IMG/VR virus record: IMGVR_UViG_3300002143_000153
Coordinates: 29,958 to 93,957 of that record
DNA length: 64,000 nt
From: a virus
Strand: one strand, 5' to 3'
Position numbers and translations under genes: made by a program. This document shows positions 21,765 through 30,776 of this stretch, piece by piece. Below the pieces are notes generated by a model, which was not told the origin of the DNA, did not search any database, and saw only the letters and a program-made list of their open reading frames with translations. How positions within the stretch are numbered: the stretch's first letter is position 1; each line of letters opens with the position of its first letter.

Positions 21765-21983
21765 ATGATTAATAAATTATTAAATAAAATTTGGAATTGG
21801 GCTTGGTTCAAAACCAATATTAATGAAAAGGTTATTGAGGTTGTTACAGAAACTAAACCAAAAGTAAAAGTAGTTAAAAAAGAATTGCAAGATGTTAAAG
21901 AAACATCTGAAGAACTTTTATCTAAAGTTAAAAAAGTAGATAAAACTATTAAACCTAAACCAAGAGTTAAAAAAGTTAAATAA
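21765..21983 (+). CDS. Small Lys-rich hypothetical protein
   Basis: ATG at 21765 preferred over TTG 21738, which overlaps the GTATATT promoter-like motif. Confidence 0.55.
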   Translation: MINKLLNKIWNWAWFKTNINEKVIEVVTETKPKVKVVKKELQDVKETSEELLSKVKKVDKTIKPKPRVKKVK

Positions 21984-21984
21984 A

Positions 21985-22230
21985 ATGAAAGTTATAAATT
22001 GGATTACAGGATTACTTAAAGATGAAAAAGGTTCACCTTCTTCAAAAAGATTTATAGGTATTATTGCAGGTCTTACTTTATGTGCTACTTTATTTGTTAA
22101 TCAATATACAGACGAAGCAATTGCTCCATCTCCTGTATTAATAAATGCAGTAGCAGCTTTAGCATTTGGTGCTTTAGGATTAGCATCAGTAGATAAGATC
22201 TGGGGTAAAAAAGATAATAAAGAAGACTAA
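21985..22230 (+). CDS. Two-TM holin-like protein
   Basis: SSKRF motif followed by two hydrophobic helices and a charged tail. Confidence 0.6.
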   Translation: MKVINWITGLLKDEKGSPSSKRFIGIIAGLTLCATLFVNQYTDEAIAPSPVLINAVAALAFGALGLASVDKIWGKKDNKED

Positions 22231-22232
22231 CA

Positions 22233-22370
22233 ATGGCTAAAATTAATGTAGGTGGTACATTCCAGAAAAAAACAAAAGTTAAAAGACCTGGTGTGCATGC
22301 TAAAACTAAAACTAGCAATAACAAAAATAGTGCAAACTATAAAAAGAAATATATAGGGCAAGGTAAATGA
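22233..22370 (+). CDS. 45-aa basic protein (not in ORF track)
   Basis: MAKINVGGTFQKKTKVKRPGVHAKTKTSNNKNSANYKKKYIGQGK; tightly packed with neighbours. Confidence 0.65.
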   Translation: MAKINVGGTFQKKTKVKRPGVHAKTKTSNNKNSANYKKKYIGQGK

Positions 22371-22513
22371 AGGATTGGAGTTTATTAATAGCTTTTCACT
22401 GGCCTCATGATAGATTTATATTTGGTTGGGAAATAATACATCCTGATAAAGAATTTAATACATATAATTTTACATTATATTTGTTGATAGTAACGTTAAC
22501 TTTAGAAATTTAA
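22367..22513 (+). CDS. 48-aa hydrophobic protein (not in ORF track)
   Basis: MKDWSLLIAFHWPHDRFIFGWEIIHP...; ATGA overlap with the previous gene. Confidence 0.6.
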   Translation: MKDWSLLIAFHWPHDRFIFGWEIIHPDKEFNTYNFTLYLLIVTLTLEI

Positions 22514-22517
22514 AAAG

Positions 22518-22673
22518 ATGAAAAATATAAAATATAAAATAGGTGGTGAAACATTACTATCTAAATTAACTTATGGTGGTTCATCAATTGATATGTCTGA
22601 ACCTATGGTTAAAAGAATGCAAATGGGAGGAAGTACTGCTAATACACATAATAGTCCCAAAAAGAAAAAGTAA
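22518..22673 (+). CDS. 51-aa protein with three (K/R)xxxGG repeats (not in ORF track)
   Basis: KYKIGG, KLTYGG, RMQMGG; stop overlaps the ATG of the next gene. Confidence 0.6.
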   Translation: MKNIKYKIGGETLLSKLTYGGSSIDMSEPMVKRMQMGGSTANTHNSPKKKK

Positions 22674-23251
22674 TGAATATTCTTACAGACATATTAAGTT
22701 TATTTAAAAGAAAACAAGTTGTAGATCAGGTTACACCTGAAGATCTTATAGTTGTTGGTAGACATGAGAAACCTGATATGTTAGGTATAGCATCTCCAAT
22801 TCCTTATAAAAGTGTTAAGCTTGTTAAGGTAAAGGATTTATTGTCTATAGATGATTGTGCTCATACTAATGTTAATAATGGTACAGGCACTAACCCGGTT
22901 GGTATATTTCATAACAAAACTTCAGAACCTTGTTCTATAAATCTTAGAAGTATATCTGGTATAGGAAACAATATTAGTGTTGTTCAAAATGATAAAGAAA
23001 TTGAAATTTCTACAACAGGAGAACCTAATACAGGAATTAATTTAGGTATTGGTGCTAAAGTATTTAAAACTAAAGTTGCTGAAGTATTAAATTTCAGAAC
23101 ATTAATTTCAAATAATGGATCTATTCTTATTATAGAAGACACAGATCAAATAGACATAAAACTAAATAGAGTTATTATAAATTCTCCTAATGGTGCAGCC
23201 TGGGAAATAACAATAGATAATTCAGGTAACTTAACAACAACACAACTATAA
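22673..23251 (+). CDS. Putative tail/structural protein
   Basis: LNFRTL and C-terminal SPNGAAWEITIDNSGNL typical of fibre domains; N-terminus resembles that of the next gene. Confidence 0.55.
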   Translation: MNILTDILSLFKRKQVVDQVTPEDLIVVGRHEKPDMLGIASPIPYKSVKLVKVKDLLSIDDCAHTNVNNGTGTNPVGIFHNKTSEPCSINLRSISGIGNNISVVQNDKEIEISTTGEPNTGINLGIGAKVFKTKVAEVLNFRTLISNNGSILIIEDTDQIDIKLNRVIINSPNGAAWEITIDNSGNLTTTQL

Positions 23252-23263
23252 AAATAAAAAATT

Positions 23264-24490
23264 ATGAGTAATATATTACAAGACATAATGGGTATACTTT
23301 CTAGAAAAAAGAGAGTAACACCAAAATTAGATGATTCAATTTTAATAGCTAGACCAGTTTTTAAAACGGATACATTAAAACCTCAACCTGGTTACAATAC
23401 AGAATTAATTTCTATATCTTCATTAACAACTCTTGTTAATGCAAATGATCTAAAAGGATCAGGTACAGCTAATAAAGTTACAAAATGGCTTAATGCTAAT
23501 ACAATTTCAAGCAGTTTATTAAATGATAATGGTACAAGTGTATGGAATGCAGGTGCGGGTGCTGAAGATTCAAATATAGCCTTTGGGTTATATGCCCTTA
23601 TGTCTAATACCACAGGGTATCATAACACTGCACTTGGTTATGAAGCATTAAATAAAAACACCACAGGTTTTGGTAATGTAGCAAATGGTAAAGGTGCTCT
23701 TTTTTCCAACATTATAGGGAGAGAAAACACCGCAATAGGTGTTAACGCCCTTACTTTCAACACCACGGGAGATGAAAACACCGCAACGGGTAATCAATCC
23801 CTTTATTCCAACACCACAGGGTATAAAAACACCGCAAATGGTTATTTAGCCCTTTCTTTAAACACTATAGGTCACGACAATGTGGCAATAGGACATACAA
23901 CATTACGTTCTAATACAAGTGGTAATTTTAATACTGCACTAGGAAATATTACTTTATATTCAAATACAACAGGTATAGATAATACAGCTATTGGACATTC
24001 TGCACTTACAAGTAATACAACAGGAAGTCAAAACGTAGCAACAGGTTTATTTGCACTTAAAACAAATACAACAGGCATAGGAAATACAGCTACCGGGTTT
24101 TTCTCATTGTATTTTAACAATGGAGGTTATAATACGGCAGTAGGGAATAAAGCACTCTATAATAATCAAACAGCAGGTAGTAATGTATCAATGGGTTATC
24201 AATCAATGTATTTTAATACAATAGGAGCAAACAATACAGCGATTGGCACAAACGGACTCTTAAGTAATACAACAGGGAGTAATAATTCCTCTTTAGGTTA
24301 TTATACTCAAAGTGGTAATTTTAGTGGTTCTGTTATTTTAGGTTCAACAGCAGCAGCAACAGCAAATAATCAATTTGTAGTAGGTTCTGCAGTTACAAAT
24401 GCTGGTGCAGTAACAGCGGAAACACCCACACAAGCAAATGTATGGAACGTAGTAATTAACGGAGTAGCAAGAAAAATACTTTTAGCATAA
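23264..24490 (+). CDS. Tail fibre/adhesin-like protein with about 16-aa beta-helical repeats
   Basis: About 15 tandem NTTGxxNTAxGxxALx repeats (YadA-head-like). Confidence 0.7.
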   Translation: MSNILQDIMGILSRKKRVTPKLDDSILIARPVFKTDTLKPQPGYNTELISISSLTTLVNANDLKGSGTANKVTKWLNANTISSSLLNDNGTSVWNAGAGAEDSNIAFGLYALMSNTTGYHNTALGYEALNKNTTGFGNVANGKGALFSNIIGRENTAIGVNALTFNTTGDENTATGNQSLYSNTTGYKNTANGYLALSLNTIGHDNVAIGHTTLRSNTSGNFNTALGNITLYSNTTGIDNTAIGHSALTSNTTGSQNVATGLFALKTNTTGIGNTATGFFSLYFNNGGYNTAVGNKALYNNQTAGSNVSMGYQSMYFNTIGANNTAIGTNGLLSNTTGSNNSSLGYYTQSGNFSGSVILGSTAAATANNQFVVGSAVTNAGAVTAETPTQANVWNVVINGVARKILLA

Positions 24491-24497
24491 AAATAAT

Positions 24498-24839
24498 ATG
24501 AACTATAATTGGACAGTAACAAATCTTTATACGATTGACGCAAACACAGAGGTGAACTATGTCGTTAATGCGTTGTATAATGTAACAGCAATGGAGCAGA
24601 TTGAGGATGAGGTGTACACAGCTACACTATCTAACTCAGCTCAGTTTGAAGTAAAAGAAGGTGACTCTTTTGTTCCTTACGTTGATTTAACTAATGACTT
24701 AGTTATTGAGTGGATTCAAACAGGACTAGGTCAAGATGGAGTTTACAATATTGAGGCATCAGTAGAAGGAATGGTTAATAGCCAAATAAATCCTTCTGTA
24801 AATCCTGAAAATACACCACTCCCCGAAAACTTTAATTAA
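24498..24839 (+). CDS. Conserved small phage protein following the tail fibre (assembly-chaperone-like)
   Basis: YNWTV...FVPYVDLTNDLVIEWIQTGLG pattern common downstream of phage fibres. Confidence 0.55.
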   Translation: MNYNWTVTNLYTIDANTEVNYVVNALYNVTAMEQIEDEVYTATLSNSAQFEVKEGDSFVPYVDLTNDLVIEWIQTGLGQDGVYNIEASVEGMVNSQINPSVNPENTPLPENFN

Positions 24840-24859
24840 ACCTAAACATACATAACCAA

Positions 24860-25006
24860 ATGACAGAAGCACAAGCAAAAGAAGTACTTTACAATGCAGT
24901 TAACATAGCAACCTCTAAAGGTTGTTATAATTTAGATCAAACTATTAATATAGTAGATGCATTAAGAATTGTTTTAGTAAAAGAAGAAGAAACTGTAAGT
25001 TTGTAA
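24860..25006 (+). CDS. 48-aa hypothetical protein (not in ORF track)
   Basis: MTEAQAKEVLYNAVNIATSKGCYNLDQ... Confidence 0.55.
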   Translation: MTEAQAKEVLYNAVNIATSKGCYNLDQTINIVDALRIVLVKEEETVSL

Positions 25007-25026
25007 GGTTACTAATCAGTGAAAAT

Positions 25027-25057
25027 AAAAAGGGAGCCATTGAAGCTCCCTTTTTTA
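25027..25057. terminator. Bidirectional intrinsic terminator
   Basis: AAAAAGGGAGC-cattgaa-GCTCCCTTTTTT between convergent blocks. Confidence 0.85.
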
Positions 25058-25168
25058 TTATAAACTTTTTTTAAGTTATTTAATCTTGAGATTTATTTTT
25101 TCCAAATATTAAAATAGATAAAATAAATAATACTATAGTTATTATTACTTCAATAATACCCTTAAGCA

Positions 25169-26014
25169 TTATAAAATAAATGCTTCATTAGTAATTTCTA
25201 TGTCTTCAATAGCATTAAAATTATCAGTTGCTGCATTAGCAATAACAGAATCTTTTTGTTGAATTCCCATTTGACCCAGCAAGTCAGCAACAATAAAGTC
25301 ATGAAACTTTTGACTATCACTTAACCAAGTTCTTGGATGTGATTTTTTTAAAGCATGTGTAACATGGTTGTAAAAAGTCCATGCATTGTCTTTATCAGCA
25401 TTATAATCATATGATGCCTTTGTCATCTCATTTTTAATAACAGCTACCTGACTGGTGTCAATTATTTCTTTTTCTGCATATAATCTACCTAGTAATTCTG
25501 ACTGTGCTTTTATATCTAAAGTAACATTTCTTAGATTATTTTTATCATCAATGATACGTCTGTAATATTTCTCAGCATTTTTGATTTGATTTGATATTTG
25601 CATTAAAATATCATAATCTGCAGATCCTGTATGTTTTCTTCTGAAATTCATCATATCACCTGCAACCATACCATTATAACATACCATTACGTATGCGCCA
25701 ATAGCACACTGAAAAACTGTACTTTTATCATATGAATTTGTCCAGGCAAACATCATCCCAAGTTCTGATTCAGTTTTTACTAAATTATCTAGCGGGTTTC
25801 TAGGTACAATATGATATATACCTTGAGCTACATTTGCGTTCATGTTAGCTCTATAAAGTTCTCTAGTAACATGGAAACCACTGGCATTCAGCATGTTGAG
25901 AGTATTGTGTATAACCTCTTTATGAGGAATTACGGTGTAAGATTGACCGTGGGTTGGTAATGAGGCAGCCTCTAAATAGGCTCTCGTTGTGTCTTTTGGT
26001 TTTGTATATCCCAT
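25169..26014 (-). CDS. DUF932-like protein
   Basis: NSYDKS...GAYVMVCYNGMV...RRKHTG...NAWTFYNHVTHALK pattern. Confidence 0.7.
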   Translation of the reverse strand: MGYTKPKDTTRAYLEAASLPTHGQSYTVIPHKEVIHNTLNMLNASGFHVTRELYRANMNANVAQGIYHIVPRNPLDNLVKTESELGMMFAWTNSYDKSTVFQCAIGAYVMVCYNGMVAGDMMNFRRKHTGSADYDILMQISNQIKNAEKYYRRIIDDKNNLRNVTLDIKAQSELLGRLYAEKEIIDTSQVAVIKNEMTKASYDYNADKDNAWTFYNHVTHALKKSHPRTWLSDSQKFHDFIVADLLGQMGIQQKDSVIANAATDNFNAIEDIEITNEAFIL

Positions 26015-26040
26015 TTATTTATATTTATTATTCTTGTAAT

Positions 26041-26309
26041 AAAGTGCGGTAAAACGCTCTTTTGATATGTATTTATGCGGTATTATACGTATTTGCAGCA
26101 TAAAGTGCAGTATAAGGTACTTTTATATGCTTTAATGTAGTATATATGACGCATTAAGGGTGTTAATTCGGATAATGTCCGAGTTATGCAACATAATTTT
26201 GCATAATAAACCTTACAGATATATTGTGCATTTTTTAACAAATTGGTTTACTTATTGGTTTGTATTTATACTTTATATGCTTGTCACAAATTTACAAATA
26301 ATTGTGACA
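26041..26309. repeat. Array of about 8 short imperfect palindromes, the first five at about 30-bp spacing
   Basis: AAAGTGCG/CGCTCTTT, AAAGTGC/GTACTTT, TTAATG/CATTAA, TAATTCGGA/TCCGAGTTA, TTATGCAA/TTGCATAA, TGTCACAA/TTGTGACA. Confidence 0.7.
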
Positions 26310-26331
26310 CAATAAGATCAAAATTTAATAT

Positions 26332-26529
26332 TTATTTAACTATTTCAACTTCAGTCCATCCAGCAAGATGAACAATTTCACCTTTTAAATTAATGCAGTA
26401 TGAATACATGCCATCAAGATGGTCAAATATTAATATATCTTCTTGATTTAATTTAGGACTTTCTGGTGGAGTATCTGCATCAGATATTATTCTGATTTTA
26501 GATCCTTTTGGTATGTCGTATAATTTCAT
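26332..26529 (-). CDS. Small hypothetical protein
   Basis: ORF track; DHLDGMYSYC motif. Confidence 0.6.
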   Translation of the reverse strand: MKLYDIPKGSKIRIISDADTPPESPKLNQEDILIFDHLDGMYSYCINLKGEIVHLAGWTEVEIVK

Positions 26530-26690
26530 AAACTTTTGATTTTATCAATACCTAATTCATAATGAATAGCCTGTGTGTTAACGTCAGTATTAGATATTGT
26601 TGAATAATATAAATTAGAAATTTCCTTTTTTTTATGAAGTTGTTCTAATATGTTTTGATTAGCTACTTTGTATAGTTCTTTTTTATTCAT
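26526..26690 (-). CDS. 54-aa hypothetical protein (not in ORF track)
   Basis: MNKKELYKVANQNILEQLH...; overlaps both neighbours by a few bases. Confidence 0.5.
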   Translation of the reverse strand: MNKKELYKVANQNILEQLHKKKEISNLYYSTISNTDVNTQAIHYELGIDKIKSL

Positions 26691-26985
26691 CTTTTACAAA
26701 TTGACCGGCTACCATTTTACCAGTTCTTTTACTAATCACATTGTATGCTGATTCTAAGCATTCTTCAAGACTTAGTCCTTGCATCTTAGCTTGAATAATC
26801 AAGGTAACCATAATGTCACCCATAGCATCAATGATCTCAGGAACATCATTTTTATTTACTGCTGTACAGAACTCTGTACATTCTTCTAATGTTTTTAGTG
26901 CTTGAGCCATTGGTGTAGCTTTCTCTAAAATACCTTTTTCTTCCGCCCATGTTTCTACTGCGCATTCTAATTCAAAATAATCCAT
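26683..26985 (-). CDS. MazG-like NTP pyrophosphohydrolase
   Basis: KTLEECTE...IIDAMGD...AYNVISKRTGKMVAGQFVK. Confidence 0.85.
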   Translation of the reverse strand: MDYFELECAVETWAEEKGILEKATPMAQALKTLEECTEFCTAVNKNDVPEIIDAMGDIMVTLIIQAKMQGLSLEECLESAYNVISKRTGKMVAGQFVKDE

Positions 26986-26999
26986 TTGGTTTTAATTGT

Positions 27000-27659
27000 T
27001 TAATTGTTTGCTAATAAGTCTAATACTTCTATTAATGATTCATGTCTATGGTTATCTTTTAAAATAACTTTGCTGACATATTTAGAGCCAACTATTTTTG
27101 CAACTTCATGAATTGCTGAATAATTTTTATCTTTTAAATCAATTTGTTGGCTATCTCCACAAAGAATCATTATTGAATCTTTACCAAGTCTACCCAACAC
27201 CATTGCTAGTTGAGATCTAGTTAAGTTTTGAAATTCATCTATAATAACTACAGAATGATCAAAAGTTCTTCCTCTAAAATGTGCTAAAGACACTAATTCA
27301 ATTGCTTCTTCTTTCTCCATTTTCTCTAATAAAGCAGGTTTATTGTAAACCTTTCTCATATTAGATCTAATAGGTACAAGCCATGGTTCCATTTTTTCTT
27401 TTTCTGAACCAGGTAAAAAACCATTATCTTCTGTTGAGACTGTTGGTCTTGTGATAATAATTTTATTATACTGTCTCTTGAAAAATTGATCCAATGCAAT
27501 TTGTACTGCAAGTAATGTTTTACCACTACCTGCATTACCCATTACAAAATTAAATGGATGGTACAATATTGTGTCTTTAGCTAATTTTTGTTCTTCAGAT
27601 AATTGAATTGTAAATCTGATGGCTCCCTTGGGAGATTCTTTTTCTTTGTTTTGTGCCAT
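27000..27659 (-). CDS. phoH: PhoH-family ATPase
   Basis: GNAGSGKT, GFLPG, FRGRTF, IIDEFQN, GDSQQIDL. Confidence 0.92.
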   Translation of the reverse strand: MAQNKEKESPKGAIRFTIQLSEEQKLAKDTILYHPFNFVMGNAGSGKTLLAVQIALDQFFKRQYNKIIITRPTVSTEDNGFLPGSEKEKMEPWLVPIRSNMRKVYNKPALLEKMEKEEAIELVSLAHFRGRTFDHSVVIIDEFQNLTRSQLAMVLGRLGKDSIMILCGDSQQIDLKDKNYSAIHEVAKIVGSKYVSKVILKDNHRHESLIEVLDLLANN

Positions 27660-29657
27660 TTAAAATAAAGTTAGTTGATTACTAGGGGATTTTAATATGT
27701 TATCTATCTCTTGTTCTATAGCTTCAAGATAATATCCTTTGTTGATATTATAACTATCCCACTTAGGTTTAATTTCCATTTTATTGAAAACTGTTTGTAA
27801 CCATTTTCCTGCTTCTAATTGAATTTCTCTTTTATCTGTTTTATTTACTTTAATAATCTTAACTCCAGTTTTAGATATGTAATATCTATTAATTTTCTGA
27901 AGAGGTTCTTCCATGTATTCACCTTCTTTTATATAACGCGCAACCTGTTTCCAATCACCTTTTGATTTACCACCAATACAATAATCTAATATATTTTTAT
28001 TCTGCTCTAAATACTCAGTTGGCATAATATTATGTATAAAATAATTGTATATTGCTTTTGGTATAATCAACTTAGATTTATTCTTATGCAATGCTAAGTT
28101 ATAAAAGTCAAATCTACCCTTCATTTTTGCTGGAGCATAATAAAATTTATCATTAACCACTTTAAATTTATAATGAGGGTTCTTTTTCTTTATATCTCTA
28201 TAATCTGTAATGTCAATTTGTTTGAAATCATTAAGACCAATATAGTTATTTACATCACCAAGTACCAATTTTTGGTATTTATCATGTTCAAGCTCTAAAT
28301 TGGTTAACTCTTCCCATTCTTTACAAATTTCCATATAAGCATCTACTGAGTCTTTAGGGATAATAGTTTCTAAACCGTCAGTATTTTGCATTAAAGCTTT
28401 AGCATTTGGAATTCTTTCCATAATCATCTCATATAACATTATCAAACTTAGTTGACCGTTAATTGTGATTCTCATAGTTAACTCAGGATCATAAAAGAAG
28501 CTATTTACATCGTTGCTAAGACCGAAAGTAGAATTAAGTATAATCTTATATACATAGTTCATTGGATTGCTCTTAGGGATCTTCTTACGCTCTTCAAAGA
28601 ACCATTCATATTGGTCACAGAATTCTTGTGCTGGAAAATGACCCGGGGCCCATTTATTTCTAATAACTAGATTAGGATAAAATGAAGTAACATCTGAAGA
28701 CATAATAACGTATTCATCTGTTGATTTATATATCCCACCTATTGTTGCACCATGTACACCGCCTACACCAAAATCTGTTTTAACACCTTTATAAGTAACA
28801 GAATATTTAAATGCTCCTTTAAGATTATCTGGATTTAATTCAACAGAGTTAAATCTATCCAGTAGTTGTTTAAATTCAGGCGATGTAAACTTTATGTACG
28901 GTAATATAATGTCCTTAAACTTAATAACATTTCTGTGAGTTCTCATTGTCTTGAGCACTCTTTTATTTATGTTTAGTTTTTTAGACATATAGTAAGCAAA
29001 CAGTTCTTTACTTATACGTGGTTCTGAAGCACTATAAAGATTAATATCATATTCATCAGTTAATTCTTTTCTGAGTTTTATAAGATCTTTTGATCTGTTA
29101 AAAATCTCTTTGGTTGACCTAACATCATTAATATTATAACCTATTATAGTATCTATCTCCTGTAGAGTTTTAATTTCAGTTTCATGGTGAATTGGCATAT
29201 CTAATATGTTATCCCAGTCCATGCTATATTGTATCCACTTTAAACTTGAACGTTTAGCAGGGTTATCCCAATGATGCATTTTATATAGATCAATCTGACC
29301 TATAGACATTTTCCATTGAGGATAATCACTAAATTGTTTTGAATCACTTTTTGATATGCATTTTGCAGCATATTCATATATGATAGCTGCTATTTCGCAG
29401 CCACCTAGATTTAACCAAGCAGCATGTTTCTCTATAATGTATTGTGTGATTTGACTGTCAAATGCCAAACCATTATATGAAATATGCCACTCTTTATTAT
29501 CTGTATTTTGTTTTAAGAATTCTATAAACTCTACAAAATCATTTCTCAGGTCATGAACAACAAAGATTTTAATTTCCTTTGTTTTATAATCTTCAAATAC
29601 CCCTGTGAAACAATTGGATAACGTTTCATAGTCGTGAACCCAGTGTTTTTTACTCAT
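27660..29657 (-). CDS. Family B DNA polymerase (crAss-like type) with 3'-5' exonuclease
   Basis: HDYET, YNGLAFD, YNINDV exo motifs; SDVTSFYP, KIILNSTFG, NTDG polymerase motifs; ATG at 29657 preferred over the upstream TTG. Confidence 0.9.
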   Translation of the reverse strand: MSKKHWVHDYETLSNCFTGVFEDYKTKEIKIFVVHDLRNDFVEFIEFLKQNTDNKEWHISYNGLAFDSQITQYIIEKHAAWLNLGGCEIAAIIYEYAAKCISKSDSKQFSDYPQWKMSIGQIDLYKMHHWDNPAKRSSLKWIQYSMDWDNILDMPIHHETEIKTLQEIDTIIGYNINDVRSTKEIFNRSKDLIKLRKELTDEYDINLYSASEPRISKELFAYYMSKKLNINKRVLKTMRTHRNVIKFKDIILPYIKFTSPEFKQLLDRFNSVELNPDNLKGAFKYSVTYKGVKTDFGVGGVHGATIGGIYKSTDEYVIMSSDVTSFYPNLVIRNKWAPGHFPAQEFCDQYEWFFEERKKIPKSNPMNYVYKIILNSTFGLSNDVNSFFYDPELTMRITINGQLSLIMLYEMIMERIPNAKALMQNTDGLETIIPKDSVDAYMEICKEWEELTNLELEHDKYQKLVLGDVNNYIGLNDFKQIDITDYRDIKKKNPHYKFKVVNDKFYYAPAKMKGRFDFYNLALHKNKSKLIIPKAIYNYFIHNIMPTEYLEQNKNILDYCIGGKSKGDWKQVARYIKEGEYMEEPLQKINRYYISKTGVKIIKVNKTDKREIQLEAGKWLQTVFNKMEIKPKWDSYNINKGYYLEAIEQEIDNILKSPSNQLTLF

Positions 29658-29762
29658 ATTTCTATTTTTATTTATTAGAGCCAAAAAAGCCCAAATCAAT
29701 GGGCTTCTTTATACCTGTCAATAAACTAAAGACCTGGAAGGATCTTTAATCTCCGTGAGTAT

Positions 29763-30185
29763 TTACTGACCTGGCATTATTATACTAGACTTTTTGGTCT
29801 CTTTAACATCAACATTTAATAACTCTTTATAATTGAATGCCGTAGCATTAATTGCAAATAGTTCTATGAAAGTTTCAATATCAGCTTTATCACTGATATA
29901 AAATTCATTAAATGTTTCAAGCATTACTCTATGCTCTTTAACAGTCTTACCTGTTTGCATATTTGGTGCTTTTAATCTTTGTGGTTCACCGTTATCATCA
30001 AGACGTGGCATCATATGAAATGATTCCTTTTTATCTTTACTGATTACAGCTAATATCCCGGAACTGGGATCAAACATTGCTTCTACATATGGGGAGTCAC
30101 TGCTCACCGGAATTAAACTAAAAGATCTTGCATTTCTAAAAACAGAATTTACAAGCATCATGTTGTTACCTAAATTATTTACCAT
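29763..30185 (-). CDS. Conserved hypothetical protein
   Basis: ORF track; PYVEAMFDP motif; TATCTTTG promoter element at 30203-30210. Confidence 0.6.
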   Translation of the reverse strand: MVNNLGNNMMLVNSVFRNARSFSLIPVSSDSPYVEAMFDPSSGILAVISKDKKESFHMMPRLDDNGEPQRLKAPNMQTGKTVKEHRVMLETFNEFYISDKADIETFIELFAINATAFNYKELLNVDVKETKKSSIIMPGQ

Positions 30186-30190
30186 TGGTT

Positions 30191-30775
30191 TTAAATTTTG
30201 TCCAAAGATATAGAAATATTTTTAAAGATTTCTAATTCTTCAGGTATTTTGTTAAAAAGTGTTTCTTTTTTAAGATCTGGGGATGAACACAACTCCCATA
30301 CAGTCTCTATAATATTTAGTTCTACATCTAAAGCTTCAGCATATTCTTCATGATAAGCTTTAGGATCTAGAAAACTTTTGACATAACTAGCTATATTTCC
30401 TACTGAGCCAAAGAAGTTTAAAATTATTATTTTTGTATCTTTTTTAAATTTAGAATACTCCCCTTTTACAAAAGATTTATGATCATGTCTAAATGAATTA
30501 TAATCAAATATGTAAATATGAGTATTATCATCTAATTTAAGATATGTTTCAAGTAAAGGATGAAATTTAAGATGTTTATTTTGAAAATCTATAAATTTCT
30601 TATCTGTTTTTTTAGCAGTATACAAACACAAAAATTTTAAATCAGAAGAATGATATAGTTTGTCCCAAGCAATATAAGTTTGCTCAGGGACATAATCTAT
30701 ACCTTTTTGTAAGTTTAAAAGTGGGTATAAAAATACCTTACTTTTTTGAAAATATTGTGCATAAACACCTGTCAT
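30191..30775 (-). CDS. Conserved hypothetical protein
   Basis: ORF track, operonic spacing. Confidence 0.6.
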   Translation of the reverse strand: MTGVYAQYFQKSKVFLYPLLNLQKGIDYVPEQTYIAWDKLYHSSDLKFLCLYTAKKTDKKFIDFQNKHLKFHPLLETYLKLDDNTHIYIFDYNSFRHDHKSFVKGEYSKFKKDTKIIILNFFGSVGNIASYVKSFLDPKAYHEEYAEALDVELNIIETVWELCSSPDLKKETLFNKIPEELEIFKNISISLDKI

Positions 30776-30776
30776 A

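Noticed and set aside
23560-24300. Diversity-generating retroelement target in the tail-fibre repeats
   Set aside because: No reverse transcriptase or adenine-specific TR/VR pair visible; these are ordinary coding repeats.
18344-29657. Introns or inteins in nrdA, nrdB or the DNA polymerase
   Set aside because: Genes are contiguous and of compact length; no splice or homing-endonuclease signatures.
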